The notes under the pieces are model-generated. The model saw nothing but the letters and a program-made list of their open reading frames with translations. It was not told the DNA's origin and did no database searches. Below are positions 14,666 to 18,422 of a DNA stretch of 18,422 bases, piece after piece. How positions within the stretch are numbered: position 1 is the stretch's first letter; every line of letters begins with the position of its first letter. The position numbers were made by a program, and so were the translations under genes. The DNA is taken from assembly GCA_964514585.1 (NCBI GenBank), contig CAZETU010000001.1:1-18422 (forward strand), given 5' to 3'. The stretch is from Candidatus Woesearchaeota archaeon (GTDB lineage Archaea > Nanobdellota > Nanobdellia > Pacearchaeales > GW2011-AR1).

Positions 14666-16512
14666 ATTAAATCCAAAAAGACGACCTCCGCATCAACCTT
14701 CTCATAATTCGCCTGCAAGCCCGCAATATCAGTCGGCAGACCAAACAAAGGTATGTTAATATTTAACCCACTAGCATCCGCCAACTGCCCCTCGGTAATA
14801 TATTCAGAAGTCTTCCCTCCGCCAACAACAGCAAAGGAAACATCCATTTCAGGCAAATTAACATCATAACATTTTTCAGTCATAGCCCCAAACATTCCAA
14901 CTAAACCACTCTCGGGAATATCAACACATTCTCTCTTATTCGATGCTGGAAATTTCAAAGACGAATTATCATAAACATGAACAGTCACATTATAATAACC
15001 CTCAATTAACTCAATAGAATTCATCTCAGGATAAAGCACTGTCGCTGAATAATCATCACCAACAAACGAAACCAAAGCCTTGTCAACAGCTCCCAAGTCC
15101 AAACTCAAATTATACTTCTTATTTAAAACAATATTCGCAATACTTTCCTCGTTTGTAGAAATCTGATATTTAGCGTCACTATAACCCTCAGCACTAGCCA
15201 ATACAAAACCATTCACACACTGAGGCATCTCACCTCTCAAAATCGCGTCCCCATTCTCCAACTCAGTCTCACCAATCTCACAAACAGAATCTAAACACTT
15301 AAACTGAATTCTAGCCTCAACTGGATTCAAATTAGCATCATAAGTATAAACATCAACATCCTGATTCTTGAACTCACAAACCTTAGACTCTATAGTTGCT
15401 CCAGTTGTCGTCGGCATTGCTTCCCGAGCCTGATTCTTAGAAATTACAACCCCAATAGGAAACTGAAAAATTTCTTTATCATCATAAAACTGAATCAACA
15501 CAGGAAAATTAATATCATAAACCAAATGATAAGGGATATAACAAAAGCCCATCGCAGCCATACCCTGCTGCAAACCAATCGGCTTCGCAACCTTATCCCC
15601 ATAAATCTCAATCCTCGTCGGCCAATCAGGCGAATACATAAAATTCACATTCTCATCAATCTCCTTTCCAATATCAGTAACAAAATATTTATCCTCGCTA
15701 GATCCCAAATTATAATAATTCCCATCAAGCTTCAGCGTCGGAATATTCGCAGCCAACCCATTAACAATATCATCCTGGATATCTTGATCAACAAAAATCT
15801 TCGGCGCACACCCAATCTCCGTACCTGTCACAGGAGCATAAAGCCTCATAACATCCAAAGCATATTTCTCCAAAAACATCTCACTCTTCTCATAATTATA
15901 AACATCAATGGCCATATCATAAAATTTCCCAAGCTTACTACTCACAGAAAACTCATGACTATTAACAATAGCCGACTGATCTCCTCGAAAAATCGTAACC
16001 TTATTAGTCACAGCCAAATCAACTTTCAAATCATCAATACCAGAAACGGCCACCCCCTCATCGACATAAACATCATAACCCATTTCTTCAAAACTTGAAA
16101 AATCACAATCTTGCAACCTTTCACTAACATACTCATTCAACTCAACTTCCATTTCAGCCTTCCGCGGAACTCTCTCCCTTAGCAAATTATTGCCAGAAAC
16201 ATACATCCAATACTGAATCGGCTGTCCCAAAAAATCCAACTGCGAAGAAAATGGCATATAAGCAGAACCTGGCTCAAACTCAGGAACCTCAATATGTCCT
16301 CCCTGTTCCCCCAAAAGGTAAATCCCCTCCTGCGCACTCGCCTCCAAACATGAGATATAATAATCATAAGCCGGTCTCAAATCTTCACTTATACCAACCG
16401 CAACATCATCCCGCAAAGCAAAGTAAGCAATAATTCCACCGACAATAACAATTGCAACAATAATAAAAATGGTCACCTGACCCCTCTTCCCTAAGTCACC
16501 TAAATTTCGCAT
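14662..16512 (-). CDS. Class III (prepilin-like) signal peptide protein, KRG/QVTIFII type, Cys-containing, about 616 aa
   Basis: N-terminus MRNLGDLGKRG-QVTIFIIVAIVIVGGIIAYF has a basic-Gly cleavage motif followed by a hydrophobic helix. ATG 16512 is preferred over the TTG at 16527 because a TATA box lies 22-30 nt upstream of it. Confidence 0.82.
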   Translation of the reverse strand: MRNLGDLGKRGQVTIFIIVAIVIVGGIIAYFALRDDVAVGISEDLRPAYDYYISCLEASAQEGIYLLGEQGGHIEVPEFEPGSAYMPFSSQLDFLGQPIQYWMYVSGNNLLRERVPRKAEMEVELNEYVSERLQDCDFSSFEEMGYDVYVDEGVAVSGIDDLKVDLAVTNKVTIFRGDQSAIVNSHEFSVSSKLGKFYDMAIDVYNYEKSEMFLEKYALDVMRLYAPVTGTEIGCAPKIFVDQDIQDDIVNGLAANIPTLKLDGNYYNLGSSEDKYFVTDIGKEIDENVNFMYSPDWPTRIEIYGDKVAKPIGLQQGMAAMGFCYIPYHLVYDINFPVLIQFYDDKEIFQFPIGVVISKNQAREAMPTTTGATIESKVCEFKNQDVDVYTYDANLNPVEARIQFKCLDSVCEIGETELENGDAILRGEMPQCVNGFVLASAEGYSDAKYQISTNEESIANIVLNKKYNLSLDLGAVDKALVSFVGDDYSATVLYPEMNSIELIEGYYNVTVHVYDNSSLKFPASNKRECVDIPESGLVGMFGAMTEKCYDVNLPEMDVSFAVVGGGKTSEYITEGQLADASGLNINIPLFGLPTDIAGLQANYEKVDAEVVFLDLI

Positions 16513-16533
16513 AAATACCCAAGACAAAACGCA

Positions 16534-16542
16534 TATATAAAA
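16534..16542 (-). promoter_or_regulatory. Putative TATA box for the prepilin-like/giant protein operon
   Basis: TTTTATATA on the minus strand, 22-30 nt upstream of ATG 16512. Confidence 0.65.
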
Positions 16543-16552
16543 CTAATTATAA

Positions 16553-17683
16553 TTATCTTTGAAACTCATAAAGTTCTTTCACTTCATCCTCGTCCATAGC
16601 CCTATCCAAAACCATAATCTCATCAATATTCCCATCAAACCATTCATTAGATTCGGGAGGGCTCCACCAACCCCTACGACCAATTACAAAAGTATCAGAA
16701 GAAACATTGACACGAGATCCAACATCTGTTCTTTCATCAGCAAGCTCTCCATTAAGATAAAGTTTCATATATTCAGAAGACTTAAACACCCCAGTAAAAT
16801 GAACCCATTCCCCCAAAGTTATATCAGAATAAATAAATCTCCAAGCATTTAAATCATAATCCCTAGTAAAAAAAGCTAATTGAGTCAAAGATGTTCCAAC
16901 GGCGTAAGTAGGCATTACATAAACATAATAGCCACAAGTAGGACAGCTTCCAGACCAAAAAACAAAAGAATGATTATCCTTATATGGCCTAACCCAACCT
17001 GAAATACTAAAATCTTTTGTGATATTCAAAGGCTGAGCATTAAAGATATAAACACTTTCATTGTCCAAATAATCAAGCCTTATACTTCGACCAATCCCAT
17101 TTCTACCCGCTTCATAAGTCGCACCTCCACCGATAGCTCCTTCGATAAAATTTCCATGCAATCTCTCATCAACCTCGTTCAAATCATCATCAAACTTCCA
17201 ATACGCAACAATATCTTCTTCGATGTCAGAATCAACATAATTAATATCACACTCTTTCAAATTGTCAACACTAGCAACACTTTCACAGACCCTCTCTGTC
17301 CTGCCATTATTAACCACGGGCGCAACACTCACCTCATCCAAATCACCATCGACAACAAAATAAAAAGTCCCGCCAACGTTTACCTCCTCATCAAAACTCC
17401 TAGTCAATTTTCTCGAATCCCCTCCAGAAGAAAAAATAAACTGGACCCCCTCAACATCAGAAGTTCCCTTGCTAACCTTAACTGAAACCGCCTTCGACAC
17501 AGAATCAAAACAAGTATAGCCACTCGCATCATCAATAACGATCTGAGCATTCAAACAAAGAGTTTCCAATTCAAGATTATCCCTAATTATTGGAATTACT
17601 GTAGCCCACAAAATCGTGACAGCAGCAATAGTTATCAAAATTATTAATACCGTAGCAACAATCGCAGATATCCCCTTTTTCAT
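16553..17683 (-). CDS. Archaeal type IV pilin-like protein with C-terminal LamG domain (376 aa)
   Basis: MKKG-ISAIVATVLIILITIAAVTILW is a class III signal peptide; a pilin-like globular part with Cys pairs follows, then a LamG domain (IVAYWKFDD...WVRP...WVHFTGV...LYLNG...FDGNIDEIMVLDRAM). Confidence 0.88.
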   Translation of the reverse strand: MKKGISAIVATVLIILITIAAVTILWATVIPIIRDNLELETLCLNAQIVIDDASGYTCFDSVSKAVSVKVSKGTSDVEGVQFIFSSGGDSRKLTRSFDEEVNVGGTFYFVVDGDLDEVSVAPVVNNGRTERVCESVASVDNLKECDINYVDSDIEEDIVAYWKFDDDLNEVDERLHGNFIEGAIGGGATYEAGRNGIGRSIRLDYLDNESVYIFNAQPLNITKDFSISGWVRPYKDNHSFVFWSGSCPTCGYYVYVMPTYAVGTSLTQLAFFTRDYDLNAWRFIYSDITLGEWVHFTGVFKSSEYMKLYLNGELADERTDVGSRVNVSSDTFVIGRRGWWSPPESNEWFDGNIDEIMVLDRAMDEDEVKELYEFQR

Positions 17684-17703
17684 CTAATCAACAACAAAAC
17701 AAC

Positions 17704-17711
17704 ATATAAAT
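17704..17711 (-). promoter_or_regulatory. Putative TATA box for the pilin-LamG gene
   Basis: ATTTATAT on the minus strand, 21-28 nt upstream of ATG 17683. Confidence 0.6.
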
Positions 17712-17730
17712 AATTTATCACACAGCAAAC

Positions 17731-18422
17731 CTAGGATCCCGGAGTCTGCACACTAAAAATATTAGAAACTTCACTCGAAGTCAAAACCCTATTATAAATC
17801 ATCACATCATCAAGGTAACCATCAATATAATCTGACATTCCAGTTCTAACCCCAATAAATAAAACATCAATCCCCGGATCATCATTACTCCTCACCCCAG
17901 GTGCATCAAGAGAACCATCAATATATATCTGCTTAAATCCACTAGAATCATAAGTCCCAACAACATGAGACCATGTCCCAAAACCAAGAACGCTAACCCC
18001 CGACAAAACACTAGAACCATTAGTAAATAAATCATTTTGAATCATATATCCTCCGGCGGCATCCTGCGCCCTCATCTCAAAGGCATCATCCCCACCAAAA
18101 ATTCTATCAAAAGCTCCAGTAACAACATCCAAATTAATCCAAAAACTAATCGACCCAGAGCTAGCCGGATCAAAAGACCCCACATTAACATAATCATTAG
18201 AACCATCCAAACCCAAAACACCACCCCTAACAGCATCACTAACAACGCCAGCCCCATTCACAAACGCCCCATCATAACTCCCAGTTTCATCACTCGCATC
18301 AACATCAAACTTCCAATAAGCAACATAATCAGAAGGCACAACCACCGAAGAAACACATACACCAGCCACACAACTCTCGGTAGCACCGCAAATGGTTCCG
18401 TCAGTTCTATCATAACAACTGT
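17731..18422 (-). CDS. LamG-domain surface protein with a preceding Cys-rich module; 5'-partial
   Basis: The frame stays open beyond the track's GTG start to the window edge (...SCYDRTDGTICGATESCVAGVC...), followed by a LamG domain (YVAYWKFD...FWINL...WSHVVGTY...IYIDG...DGYLDDVMIYNRVL); stop TAG at 17731. Confidence 0.88.
   Translation of the reverse strand, partial: SCYDRTDGTICGATESCVAGVCVSSVVVPSDYVAYWKFDVDASDETGSYDGAFVNGAGVVSDAVRGGVLGLDGSNDYVNVGSFDPASSGSISFWINLDVVTGAFDRIFGGDDAFEMRAQDAAGGYMIQNDLFTNGSSVLSGVSVLGFGTWSHVVGTYDSSGFKQIYIDGSLDAPGVRSNDDPGIDVLFIGVRTGMSDYIDGYLDDVMIYNRVLTSSEVSNIFSVQTPGS

Noticed and set aside
16513-16527. TTG start at 16527 and similar track starts (TTG 6197, GTG 18369)
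   Set aside because: ATG 16512 fits the TATA spacing and ATG 6206 directly follows the rps8e stop; the 18369 frame stays open to the window edge, so its true start is outside.
11003-17485. Plus-strand ORFs of 60-236 aa overlapping the large minus-strand genes
   Set aside because: Antisense shadows with I/N/T/R-biased composition, fully overlapping well-supported genes.

Overview
Archaeal window, most likely a DPANN lineage such as Pacearchaeota (inferred from protein style, not from a search). A short plus-strand housekeeping block (rps8e, a DUF1284-like gene, tfb, tRNA-Leu(TAG)) sits between two minus-strand loci for cell-surface proteins. On the left is a gene of at least 1873 codons (5620 to <1) that the ORF track missed because it runs off the window. 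It encodes a basic N-terminal module, one membrane helix, a Ser/Asp linker, a sequon-dense stalk and four LamG (ConA-like) domains. On the right are a partial Cys-rich LamG gene, a class III-signal pilin with a LamG domain, a KRG/QVTIFII prepilin-like protein, and a translationally coupled 2245-aa secreted Cys-rich protein. The most notable signals are: (1) several signs that LamG and cargo modules are exchanged by recombination, including a sharply bounded 120-bp tract with inverted codon/strand skew, conserved DNA flanks around unrelated LamG cores, and one LamG subtype shared by two genes 17 kb apart; (2) a perfect 95-bp tandem repeat that regenerates the tRNA-Leu 3' end twice around a three-hairpin element; (3) a DNA-binding-like module on the cytoplasmic side of the giant adhesin. 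No transposase, integrase, reverse transcriptase or CRISPR array was seen.
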